This document shows, one piece after another, positions 1-8,760 of a stretch of DNA of 64,000 bases. A program made the position numbers and the translations under genes. The number at the start of each line of letters is the position of its first letter. Position 1 is the first letter of the stretch. The notes under the pieces were generated by a model. The model made no database searches. It was not told the origin of the DNA and was given only the letters and a program-made list of their open reading frames with translations. Source of the stretch: Vicinamibacteria bacterium (GTDB lineage: Bacteria; Acidobacteriota; Vicinamibacteria; Vicinamibacterales; JAENWD01); the NCBI GenBank assembly GCA_963806705.1, contig CAWDZE010000015.1, forward strand, positions 141,127 to 205,126. Direction: 5' to 3'.

Positions 1-2
1 GG

Positions 3-1091
3 TGCGGCGCTCCCCTGCTGGCCCGCTACGACCTCGAGAAGCTGCGGTCGTGGGCGCGCGAGAGCCTGCGCGACCGCGAGACGACACTCTGGCGCTATCG
101 TGAGTTGCTTCCCGTCTATCCCGGTGAAGTGCCAGTCTCTCTCGGCGAAGGCTTCACGCCACTGCTGCACGTGCCGCGGTTAGGCGCCGAGCTTGGCCTG
201 TCGGCGCTCTACGTGAAAGACGAGTCCCCGAACCCCACGAATTCCTTCAAGGCGCGCGGGCAATCCACCGCCATCACCCGCGCCAGGGCCCTTGGTGCCA
301 GGACGGTTTCGGTCCCGACGGCGGGCAACGCCGGCTGCGCCATGGCGGCCTATGCCGCATCGGCGGGCCTCGACGCGCGCGTCTTCATGCCCCGCGACGT
401 CAAGCGGGCGTTCGTCGACGAGTGCGCGTTGTTCGGTGCCTCTGTCGAACTGGTCGAGGGCCTCATCACTGACGCCGGCCGCGTCGCAGCCGAGCGCGGC
501 GGCCCGCAGGGGTGGTACGACGTCTCGACGCTGAAGGAACCGTATCGTCTCGAAGGCAAGAAGACGATGGCCTTCGAGCTGGCCGAGCAGCTTGGCTGGC
601 GCTGGCCCGATGTCGTGATCTACCCGACCGGCGGCGGCACCGGCCTGATCGGGATGTGGAAAGGCTTCGAGGAACTGGAGGCCATCGGCTGGGTCCCCCG
701 CGGAAAGCGTCCCCGGATGATCTCGGTGCAGGCCGACGGCTGCGCGCCCATCGTCAAGGCGTTTGTCGAAGGGCGCGATGCCGCGGAGCCCGTCGTCGAC
801 GCCCACACCATCGCCGACGGCCTTCGGGTGCCACGCGCGGTGGGCGACTTCTTGATGCTGCGCGCGATTCGGGAAAGCGGCGGAACCGCGCTTGCGGTAT
901 CGGATGGCGCGATGGTGGATGGGATGCGGCGGATGGGGCGACTGGAAGGCATCAGCGCCGCCCCGGAAGGCGGCGCCACATTGGCTGCCCTCGACGTGCT
1001 CGTCGCTCGTGACCAGATCGGCCGCGACGAGCTCGTGGTGTTGTTCAACACCGGAGGCGCGTTGAAGTATCTCGAAGTGCTGACTGCGTAG
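3..1091 (+). CDS. thrC: threonine synthase (PLP-dependent), 5' end cut by window edge
   Basis: ORF 105..1091 stays open in the same frame back to base 3 (CGAPLLARYDLEKL...). It has the PLP-lysine context NPTNSFKARG and the TAGNAG motif typical of threonine synthase. Confidence 0.85.
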   Translation, partial: CGAPLLARYDLEKLRSWARESLRDRETTLWRYRELLPVYPGEVPVSLGEGFTPLLHVPRLGAELGLSALYVKDESPNPTNSFKARGQSTAITRARALGARTVSVPTAGNAGCAMAAYAASAGLDARVFMPRDVKRAFVDECALFGASVELVEGLITDAGRVAAERGGPQGWYDVSTLKEPYRLEGKKTMAFELAEQLGWRWPDVVIYPTGGGTGLIGMWKGFEELEAIGWVPRGKRPRMISVQADGCAPIVKAFVEGRDAAEPVVDAHTIADGLRVPRAVGDFLMLRAIRESGGTALAVSDGAMVDGMRRMGRLEGISAAPEGGATLAALDVLVARDQIGRDELVVLFNTGGALKYLEVLTA

Positions 1092-1106
1092 CCTCCTACA
1101 GCGACA

Positions 1107-2189
1107 TCAATCCCCGAAGGACACGCCAATAGCGCGCGCCGTCCGCACCAGGTCGAAGTCGGTCGGCACGGTCCGCTGCCTGCCGACAACGTCGGGGATT
1201 GGGATCGAAGAGATCTCCGGCGGCGCAAATGCGACCATCCGGTTGAACTCGCCGTTGAGCAACAGCTCGACCGCCTTGCCGCCGAACCGCGTCGCGAGCA
1301 CGCGATCGAAGCTGGTTGGCGACCCGCCCCGCTGCAAGTGGCCGAGCACGACCGTGCGCGACTCCTTTCCCGTCAACTCCTCGAGCGCCGCCGCGATGCT
1401 GTGACCGGCGCCGCCCAGGCGCTCGGCGCGGCCGATGCTGCCGGCCTTGATGAGCGAGGTCTTGCCGCCCAGGGGCTTGGCGCCTTCGGCGACCACGATG
1501 ATCGAGAAGTACGCGCCCCAGGCGTCGCGGTCCTTGATCTGCTGGGCGACCTTCGTGATGTCGTAGGGGATCTCGGGAATCAGGATCGAGTCGGCGCCCC
1601 CGCCGACGCCGGCGTAAAGCGCAATCCAGCCCGCGTACCGGCCCATGACTTCGACGACGATGATGCGCCGGTGCGCTTCGGCCGTGGTGTGCAACCGGTC
1701 GATGGCGTCGGTCGCGAAGCTGACCGCGGTGTCGAACCCGAACGTGTTGGTCGTGCCGACGATGTCGTTGTCGATGGTCTTGGGCACTCCGACCAGCGGG
1801 ATGCCCATCTTCGCGAACTTGTCGGCGATGGCCAGCGTCCCGTCGCCGCCGATGACGACCAGCCCGTCGAGCCCCATGCGGTGGAACATGTCCACCACGC
1901 GCTGGCTGTAGTCCTGTTTGCCCTCCGACGTCTCGATTGGATAGGCAAACGGATCGCCGCGGTTGACCGTGCCCAGGATGGTGCCGCCGCGGCGAAGGAT
2001 TCCGGTGACGTCCTTGGCCGTCAGAACCCGTGAGCGATTGGGCTCGATGAGCCCGTCGAAACTGTCTTCGAGTCCGACGACTTCGATGCCGTGGTTGACC
2101 CCCGACTTGACGACGGCGCGGATGACCGCGTTGAGGCCCGGGGCGTCACCGCCTCCCGTGAGGACTCCGATACGCTTCAGTTTTGGCAT
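1107..2189 (-). CDS. pfkA: 6-phosphofructokinase (ATP- or PPi-dependent)
   Basis: Motifs RIGVLTGGGDAPGLNAVIRAVV, IGGDGT and PKTIDND. Start moved to the internal ATG at 2189 (MPKLKRIG...), because the upstream 36 codons of the ORF look non-coding. Confidence 0.9.
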   Translation of the reverse strand: MPKLKRIGVLTGGGDAPGLNAVIRAVVKSGVNHGIEVVGLEDSFDGLIEPNRSRVLTAKDVTGILRRGGTILGTVNRGDPFAYPIETSEGKQDYSQRVVDMFHRMGLDGLVVIGGDGTLAIADKFAKMGIPLVGVPKTIDNDIVGTTNTFGFDTAVSFATDAIDRLHTTAEAHRRIIVVEVMGRYAGWIALYAGVGGGADSILIPEIPYDITKVAQQIKDRDAWGAYFSIIVVAEGAKPLGGKTSLIKAGSIGRAERLGGAGHSIAAALEELTGKESRTVVLGHLQRGGSPTSFDRVLATRFGGKAVELLLNGEFNRMVAFAPPEISSIPIPDVVGRQRTVPTDFDLVRTARAIGVSFGD

Positions 2190-2354
2190 GCAAGACGATT
2201 GATTCCGCCAAAGGCGACCGCTCAATGCGATCGAGGCCGGCGGATGGAACTCCCGAGGCGCGTGCCGTGCAGGATGCGCACGAGTATACACCGCCAAAAA
2301 GTGCCGCCTGGGCCGTTGCCGGTGTCGCTAAGTGCGTGTTATCCTTAAGGGTCC

Positions 2355-2430
2355 GGGCGGCTAGCTCAGCTGGGAGAGCGCTGCGTTCGCAATGCAGAGG
2401 TCGGGGGTTCGATCCCCCCGCCGTCCACCA
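2355..2430 (+). tRNA. tRNA-Ala(CGC): tRNA-Ala, anticodon CGC at 2388..2390, encoded CCA end
   Basis: The 76 nt fold by hand into a cloverleaf. Acceptor stem GGGCGGC/GCCGTCC includes the G3:U70 alanine identity pair. Also present: D arm GCTC-AGCTGGGA-GAGC, anticodon stem CTGCG/TGCAG with loop TTCGCAA, and T arm GGGGG-TTCGATC-CCCCC. Confidence 0.93.
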
Positions 2431-2719
2431 ATCTAACCTCGTAAGAAACCATAGGTAGATCGCCCCGCAGGCCTCCGCCAGGTTTACACTGGCCTCTCCG
2501 AGCTTGGCAGCGCCGCGGCGTCGTCGAGTTCTCCCGGCCTGGACAGCGTTAACAGGACTATCCCCGAGGACGGGATGGTGACGCAACGATCGAAACCGTT
2601 CTTGAACCGCTCAGGTTCATCTACTCAAAACCGGCGAAGACCTATTCGTCAAGTGAGGTGAGTCGCGGCGACTTGGTGATTGCGAGGCAGGACTTTGATT
2701 CGGGACGGGAGGGGTCGAC

Positions 2720-4622
2720 ATGAATACGAGACTTCTGCGCCGCCTGACACTCGTCGTGGCTCTTACCTTCGGCGCCTTACTGCCACCGCGGCCGGCTGGC
2801 GCCCAGTCCCCAGTTCGCTGGGACTTCACCGTACCCTCAACGCCATCAGCAGCCATTCAGCAGGCACAGGTCGTGCACTGCCCTGAGGCAGGCCACGCCC
2901 GGCAGATCACTGTGCAAGGCGTCAAGGCTTTCGCGGGCGCCCTGGTCGTCTTCACGGTGTCTGCGATGCCATCCGGTGTGGTCCAGTTCTCGTTCTCCCT
3001 CGATGGCCCGTTCACCGACACGCTCGAAGTCCCGGTCCAGCTCGATGGAAGCGGAAGCGGCACGAGTGATATTCACTTCGTCAAGGGCGTGAATCCCGGT
3101 GTGACGTTTGTTGAGGGCTGTTCGGTTATTCTGGGCTGCCTCCTCCCGTTTGAGGTGACAGTGGTGGGCATCGCCGGCGTCAACTTCGGCGTGATTGACA
3201 GCCCGCTGGATGCCAATCCGAACATAGGGGGCGGCCAGCGGATCTACCCGGATAGAGAATCTCCGCAAGATGCGGTGAACCGACGGACCGTCCGGGTCCA
3301 GGCCATCACGATTCCGCAAACTGCGGGCCTCACCGTCAACTTCCTGTCCTTTGACGTCGACGACCCCTCCTCCGACAGCAAGCCGGTGGATTCCAACGGG
3401 CCTCTGGGAAACGACAACAACAGCGAGCCCTTGCCCGGCAGCTTGAGTTCGCTCGCGGCGCACACGGATGCGTCCGGCATCGCCGAAACCGTCCTCACCG
3501 TCACGATGCAGCCAGGCGACAACTTCAAGGTGGCGGCAGCCTGCGATCCGACCTATCTCGACCGCGTGGTCGTCAGCGGCGTCGATCTCCAGGATGCCGA
3601 TGGGCACCTCCTTCCGACCAATCACGGCAGGTCGTCCGAAATGCTGACGGTCTGGCGTCGCCTGCACGTCGAGGTCGATTCGATGGGGAATCGTGACCGG
3701 CAACCTGGTGGCTGGCCTGGTAACGGGCGTCGATCGCGGACCCGAAGTCCTCCACAACCAGAGTCGAGGTGGATCAGCGCACTTGAGCCACACCGATTCG
3801 AGGGTGGGCTCATACGAGATCGCAGGCGTAGGGGTGTTCGGCGTCACAGACAACGACCGGTCGACTGTGACGCTGCCAGTGAGTCTCACGCGGGCGCTGG
3901 ACCATTCATTCATCCTTTGGGATGACGATGATTTCAATGGCGATGATCCCGGTCCGCTCCTGCGCGACGGGGACGACAACGAGAATGTCACTGCGCCGGA
4001 TGTGAGGCTGCTGGCCGACAGCCCGATAACGGCGTCTGCGACGCATCAGCCACGAATGTGTTTGGTGCCGCGTACGTCTGTCCGGTATTCGACCTCGTCT
4101 GCCGACCACGACGACTTCGCGCCGTTCGTGCTCAACACCCCTGCCGACACCGACAGCGCCAGCGCGTCGCGCTGTTCTCCGCGTTCGACAACGTCGCTAC
4201 GGAAGCACGACCCGACCTTCTGGACCGTTTACCTGCTGGGCGCCTACCAGGACACCACCGCAGCAGGATTTCGATCCGGATGTTACCAGAAAAAAAGCTT
4301 CGAGGAGAACGAAGCTGTCGGGCGGCGGCCGACAGCGAAAACGGCCAGGGCGCCGTTATTTTCATGGAAACGATCGCGGATCAAGAATCGACGCGCTGAT
4401 TCCGGTTCCGTATCACCTGCACCGAAGCCGTGGTCGTCGGCGCATGAGATAGGTCATCTCTTCGGAGGCGACCACAGTCGACGGTGGGATCATGGCGACC
4501 ACAGTGCGACACAATCGTGCCAGAGCTCAGTGCCAAAACTATCGCGACACATCCGGGTGACTGAGTCATCCGTGATTTCGAGCAGGCGCCGGGTTCTGCC
4601 GGACTGGTGCTCATCGTCATAG
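2720..4622 (+). pseudogene. secreted metzincin-like zinc metalloprotease, disrupted by several reading-frame switches
   Basis: Signal peptide MNTRLLRRLTLVVALTFGALLPPRPAGAQ. Protein-like sequence alternates between ORFs 2720..3925, 3693..4622 and 4058..4399, which lie in two frames. HEIGHLFGGDH (HExxHxxGxxH) is at 4443..4475. A possible Met-turn (GGIMA) is readable only in another frame just downstream. Confidence 0.6.
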
Positions 4623-4652
4623 AGTCAGAGCTATTGATCTCAGGAGGTTGCC

Positions 4653-5470
4653 ATGCATCGCAGGGTCGAAGTGCTGCTGGCCGCGGTGGGCGCAGTGTGC
4701 TTCGTAGCCGAGGCCGACGGAAGGCAGGAACGTCGCGGTCTGCGGCTGGGGCTCAGAGCCGACAGCGCGAGCTACGTGCTCGGCGAGCCCGTGAATCTGC
4801 AGGTCAGCGGTGCTGAACGCATCTCCAACATCGGCCCTGATCCCCGACGGTGCCGACGTGTGGGTGGGCCACCTCGAAGTGCTGATCGCGTCCGAGGCGT
4901 GATCGCATCCGAGGATGACGTCCGAGGATACAGATGCAAGAGTACAGGGGACCGCGGCTGGGGCCTCAGGGATGTCGCTGGCATCGGGCCTGATCACCCT
5001 TCGTCCGGGACAAGCGCACACGACACAGGCGACGATCCTGTACAACCATGGCGTCGACACCGATCACTTGAATGCGCGGCGCGCGCAGGAGATCACGCGA
5101 GCAGTTTCTCGAGACCGGCTACGCGCTCGCGATGCCCGGGCGCTACCGCATCAAGGCCCTGCTCTATGACCACCGGTTCGTCAACTACATCGAATCCGCT
5201 CCGATAGAGATCGCGGTCAGCGAGCCGACAGGCGTCGATCGCGACGTATGGGAGGTGCTGAAGACCGATCCGGACTATGGGTACTTCATTCAGTCGGGCG
5301 GGCCCAAAGGTCATCCCACAACTCCCAGGAACGTGCAGATGATGGAGACTCTGGAGAAGATCGCGAACGACCAGCCGCTGAGTCGATACACTGAAGGGAT
5401 CAACCAAAGCCTCAGCAGGCATCGTGCAGTACTCGAGGATCTCAGAGCCCGAGGCCTCGTCGGCTACTAG
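4653..5470 (+). pseudogene. hypothetical secreted protein, disrupted (two 1-nt frame breaks plus an in-frame TGA)
   Basis: Protein-like sequence moves from ORF 4653.. (signal-like MHRRVEVLLAAVGAVCFVAEA) to the frame of ORF 4915.. near 4805. It then moves to ORF 5072..5470 near 5098. A TGA at 4900..4902 interrupts the middle frame. Confidence 0.55.
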
Positions 5471-5702
5471 CCTCTGGTCGGTGACCAGCCGGGCCGGACG
5501 ACGGTCGCCGTGGCGGCCTCTTTGCGCGTACGGACCTCCCTGCCTCGCCAGAACTCTGCTGACGGATCTGTAATCGCACACCAAGACTCCGACATCGACG
5601 CGTTCATGCGCTCCGAGGCTGCGCCCAGACGGACCGCCGCGTTGCCATCATGTTTTCACGCCAGTTGCACGCTTCTCACAGGCCCACCCGCGACCGCGCA
5701 TG

Positions 5703-5719
5703 CTGGCACGGCACGTGCT
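5703..5719 (+). promoter_or_regulatory. candidate sigma-54 (-24/-12) promoter
   Basis: cTGGCACggcacgTGCTt. The GG (5705-5706) and GC (5717-5718) have the canonical 12-nt register of TGGCACG-N4-TTGCW. It lies about 105 nt upstream of the ATG at 5824. Confidence 0.4.
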
Positions 5720-5823
5720 TATGGCGACCGCAAGGGTTCATGCGACTGCGTGGCATTCCTCAGGCCGCGGCCATTCGCGTGGAGGGTTCAATTAAACGAT
5801 CGCCTCAACGAAGCGGGTTCGAC

Positions 5824-6024
5824 ATGTGGAACTTCATCAGCTGCTATCTCTCGGGCCGTCACGACTACCAGGTGCGATGCGAACCAGGCGCCATCTTCCT
5901 GTGCTGCAACCATTGCGGCAAGCGGTCGATGGGATGGGAGCTGCGCGCTGAAGCGCAGATCGAGGCCCGGGTGCCGGTGACCGCCGGCCCGCGGCACGTC
6001 GCGACGCACGCCCATAGCCGGTAA
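5824..6024 (+). CDS. small Cys-rich hypothetical protein (66 aa), possible zinc ribbon
   Basis: Internal ATG of ORF 5650..6024 gives MWNFISCYLSGRHDYQVRCEPGAIFLCCNHCGKRSMGWEL... with five Cys including CCNHC. No clear Shine-Dalgarno sequence, and coding status is uncertain. Confidence 0.3.
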   Translation: MWNFISCYLSGRHDYQVRCEPGAIFLCCNHCGKRSMGWELRAEAQIEARVPVTAGPRHVATHAHSR

Positions 6025-6071
6025 GACCTGCCGGTCTTGACACTCGCCGCTCGGCATGCCGACAATGCCGA

Positions 6072-8039
6072 GTGTGCCAGTCGGCACGCCCAAGCCGCGT
6101 GCCACACGCAACGCACCTACCCGCCGCGCCGGCACAGGGCCCTCGCCTGGCCGCCTGCATTCTCGTGGCGGCCCTCACGTTTGCCTGCTACAACGCGACA
6201 TTGCTACCCGGAGTCGACTTCGGCGACACTGCCGCGTACCAGTTGGCTGTCGGCGACTGGCGGCTGACGCCTCGCCAGGCGTACCCCCTCTACTACGCCA
6301 TCGCCAACTCGGTTTTTGCCGTGGCTGGCGGCGAACCGGCCCACAGCCTGAACCTGACCTCGGCGCTGGCCGGCGCTGCTGCCTGCGGCGCGATTGTGTG
6401 GGTGGCTTCAGCGCTCACCGGGTCGGTACTGGCCGGGGCCTGGGCTGGACTGCTGCTGGGTGCGTCCTACACCTTCTGGTCGCAGGCCATCATCGGGGAG
6501 GTCTACACGCTGCACGTGCTGCTTGCCTCCCTGGTGCTCGCCGCGGGGCTGTGGTGGCACCGGCGGCCGTCGCTGCCGCGACTGGCGGGGCTCTACTTCC
6601 TCTTTGCGCTGGGCTTCGGCAACCACTTGATGATGGTGCTGCTGGCGCCGGTGCTGATTGCCCTCATCATCGTCACGCCTGGCGGCCTTCGGCAGGCGTT
6701 TTCCGCCCGCGGGCTGGGCCTGGCGGTCGCGTGCGCGGTGCTTGGCGCCTCGCAGTACGCCTGGAACGCCGCGTATTTCTGGCAGCTCGCCGACCCCGCA
6801 CCGTCGCTGGCAGAGGGCATCCGCACGTTCTGGTTCGATGTCACCAAGTCGGACTGGCGCTCGACGATGGTGATGGGCGTCCACGAGACGGCGTTGAAGC
6901 GTCGCGTTGGCCTGTACTTTTTCGATCTCCAGCAGCAGGTTGGCCTCGCGGGAATCGTCCTGGCACTGGTCGGCCTGGCTTCGCTCTGGCGTCAATGGCG
7001 GATGCTGGTCGTGCTGGTCGTCGGGTACCTGACGGCCTTCGGGTTCGCCTACACCTACAACGTCGGCGACGTGCACGTGTTCTTCCTTCCCTCGCACCAG
7101 ATCGTCATCCTCGCCGCAGCCGCCGGGGCCGCCGCGATGTGGAAAATGCCGGCACGAGTGCCCGCGTCCGGGCGCGTCGCGGCGTCGGTGGCCGTCACTC
7201 TGGCCCTCTTTGCCCTGCCCGCGTGGCGGATCCGGGACACGTGGCCGGCGGTTGACCGCCACGATGACACGCGCCCCGTGGCGTGGCTCGAGGGGCTCAC
7301 GCGCGGCATCGGCGCCAATGGTCTGCTGCTGGCCGACATCAACTGGCAACTCGACAACGGCCTCGACTACTACATCAGGCACGTGCGGCCGGACCTGAAC
7401 GTCGCCCGCGTCACCGACCGTGTGCTCACGCTGCCGCTGCTGGTCCACGACAATCTCGCCGCCGGCAACGAAGTGGTGATGACGCCGGAGAGCCGTCGAA
7501 TCGTCGAGGCCGCATATGGCGGACTGTTTTCGTTCACTCCCGACCCGCGCGTGGACATGCGGCCCCTGGCGTCGCGCCTGGCCGCCGTGCCAGCGGACAC
7601 CATCTACGTGCTTGCCCTGCTGGCGCCGTACCGCGACCTGCCGTTTGACGCGCAGGGCCTGGCCGACGCGACCCGCCGGCTCACAGGCGGAGCGGCCACA
7701 CTGGTGGAGGGGCCGTCCTATCAAGTGCTGGCCGGCCGGGTTGGGGAGCCGCCCGCGCTCGATCGCCGGGAGGCACACCCGTTTCGGGCCGCCCTTCGCG
7801 TTGACGGCGTTGCGCTCGACGTGCGGATGGAATCGTGGCTGCCGGCGGACACGATACGGCGGGCTGGCTTCGGCCACGTGATCGCCAACCGGCGGCACGC
7901 GCTGACGCTGGAGCGCGGCGTATCGCTCGTCCTGCTGGGCCCGGATGGGCAGACCCGGGGCATGGCCTACGAATCGGGCCTCTTTGCGCCCCTCCCCAGG
8001 GTGCTGACCCGCCTGGCGCCGGCGCACTCTGGGCCCTGA
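6072..8039 (+). CDS. polytopic membrane protein, DUF2723/PMT-like glycosyltransferase family
   Basis: 655-aa ORF with many hydrophobic segments in the N-terminal 400 aa, then a soluble C-terminal domain. The N-terminal loop LLPGVDFGDTAAYQ resembles the acidic-loop motif of DUF2723/protein O-mannosyltransferase-like enzymes. GTG start; the exact start is uncertain. Confidence 0.7.
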   Translation: MCQSARPSRVPHATHLPAAPAQGPRLAACILVAALTFACYNATLLPGVDFGDTAAYQLAVGDWRLTPRQAYPLYYAIANSVFAVAGGEPAHSLNLTSALAGAAACGAIVWVASALTGSVLAGAWAGLLLGASYTFWSQAIIGEVYTLHVLLASLVLAAGLWWHRRPSLPRLAGLYFLFALGFGNHLMMVLLAPVLIALIIVTPGGLRQAFSARGLGLAVACAVLGASQYAWNAAYFWQLADPAPSLAEGIRTFWFDVTKSDWRSTMVMGVHETALKRRVGLYFFDLQQQVGLAGIVLALVGLASLWRQWRMLVVLVVGYLTAFGFAYTYNVGDVHVFFLPSHQIVILAAAAGAAAMWKMPARVPASGRVAASVAVTLALFALPAWRIRDTWPAVDRHDDTRPVAWLEGLTRGIGANGLLLADINWQLDNGLDYYIRHVRPDLNVARVTDRVLTLPLLVHDNLAAGNEVVMTPESRRIVEAAYGGLFSFTPDPRVDMRPLASRLAAVPADTIYVLALLAPYRDLPFDAQGLADATRRLTGGAATLVEGPSYQVLAGRVGEPPALDRREAHPFRAALRVDGVALDVRMESWLPADTIRRAGFGHVIANRRHALTLERGVSLVLLGPDGQTRGMAYESGLFAPLPRVLTRLAPAHSGP

Positions 8040-8046
8040 GAGGTCT

Positions 8047-8760
8047 ATGCTAGGCTTACGAGGCTTTGATCTGATGACCGGGGTGTGGAGGGGGGCTTGG
8101 TATCTGGGCGGCCTGCTGGTGGCCATGCTGGCGGCCAGCGCCGGCGGCAGTCCCGCCCCCGGCTCAGACGACGCGCAGGCCCTGGCGGCCTCGATTCAAC
8201 GTCACTACGAGCAGATCCGCGACTTCCGTGCAGACTTCACGCATACCTATGAAGGTGGCGTCCTGCGAAAGAAGACCGTGGAGAGCGGCCAAATGGCAAT
8301 CCGAAAGCCCGGGCGCATGCGTTGGACCTACACGAGCCCGGAGCGCAAGGTGTTCGTCTCAGACGGGGTGAAACTCTACTCGTACGTCCCGGCCGACAAG
8401 CAGGTCTACGTCGCCACCGTTCCAACGGGCGACGACGCTTCGACGCCCGCGCTGTTCCTCGCCGGAAAGGGCCACCTGACGCGCGACTTCACGGCTTCGC
8501 CCGCGGCGCCCGCCGGAGCCCCCGCCGGCTCGGCCGCCGTCAAGCTCACTCCCGTAAAGCCAGAGCGGGAGTACGAAACGCTCGTGCTGGTCGTCGACCG
8601 CGCGACGCTGCAATGGCGGATGCTCGTGACCACCGACCGTCAAGGCGGGACGTCGACCTTCGCGTTCACCAACCTTCGCGAGAATGCCGGGGTACCGGAT
8701 CGCGAGTTTGTCTTCACGATTCCCCGCGGCGTCGATGTGATTACCGATGCAGGCCGCTGA
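8047..8760 (+). CDS. lolA: outer-membrane lipoprotein carrier protein LolA family
   Basis: Signal peptide, then FRADFTHTYEGGVLRKKTVESGQMAIRKPGRMRWTYTSPERKVFVSDGVKLYSYVPADKQVYV, a typical LolA fold sequence. It starts 8 nt after the upstream gene. Confidence 0.85.
   Translation: MLGLRGFDLMTGVWRGAWYLGGLLVAMLAASAGGSPAPGSDDAQALAASIQRHYEQIRDFRADFTHTYEGGVLRKKTVESGQMAIRKPGRMRWTYTSPERKVFVSDGVKLYSYVPADKQVYVATVPTGDDASTPALFLAGKGHLTRDFTASPAAPAGAPAGSAAVKLTPVKPEREYETLVLVVDRATLQWRMLVTTDRQGGTSTFAFTNLRENAGVPDREFVFTIPRGVDVITDAGR

Noticed and set aside
4900-4902. In-frame TGA in the second broken gene as a possible selenocysteine codon, given that selB is in the window.
   Set aside because: The TGA lies inside a 30-nt repeat insert whose removal restores a seamless reading frame. 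The gene also has two frameshifts. I see no convincing SECIS-type hairpin at the proper distance downstream, and the context is not a redox motif.
5811-5822. gggttcga near 5813 as a direct repeat of the tRNA-Ala 3' end (gggggttcgatcc), which would mark the far att boundary of an island.
   Set aside because: Only 8 nt match, well within chance expectation, and no integrase is present to support an integrative element.
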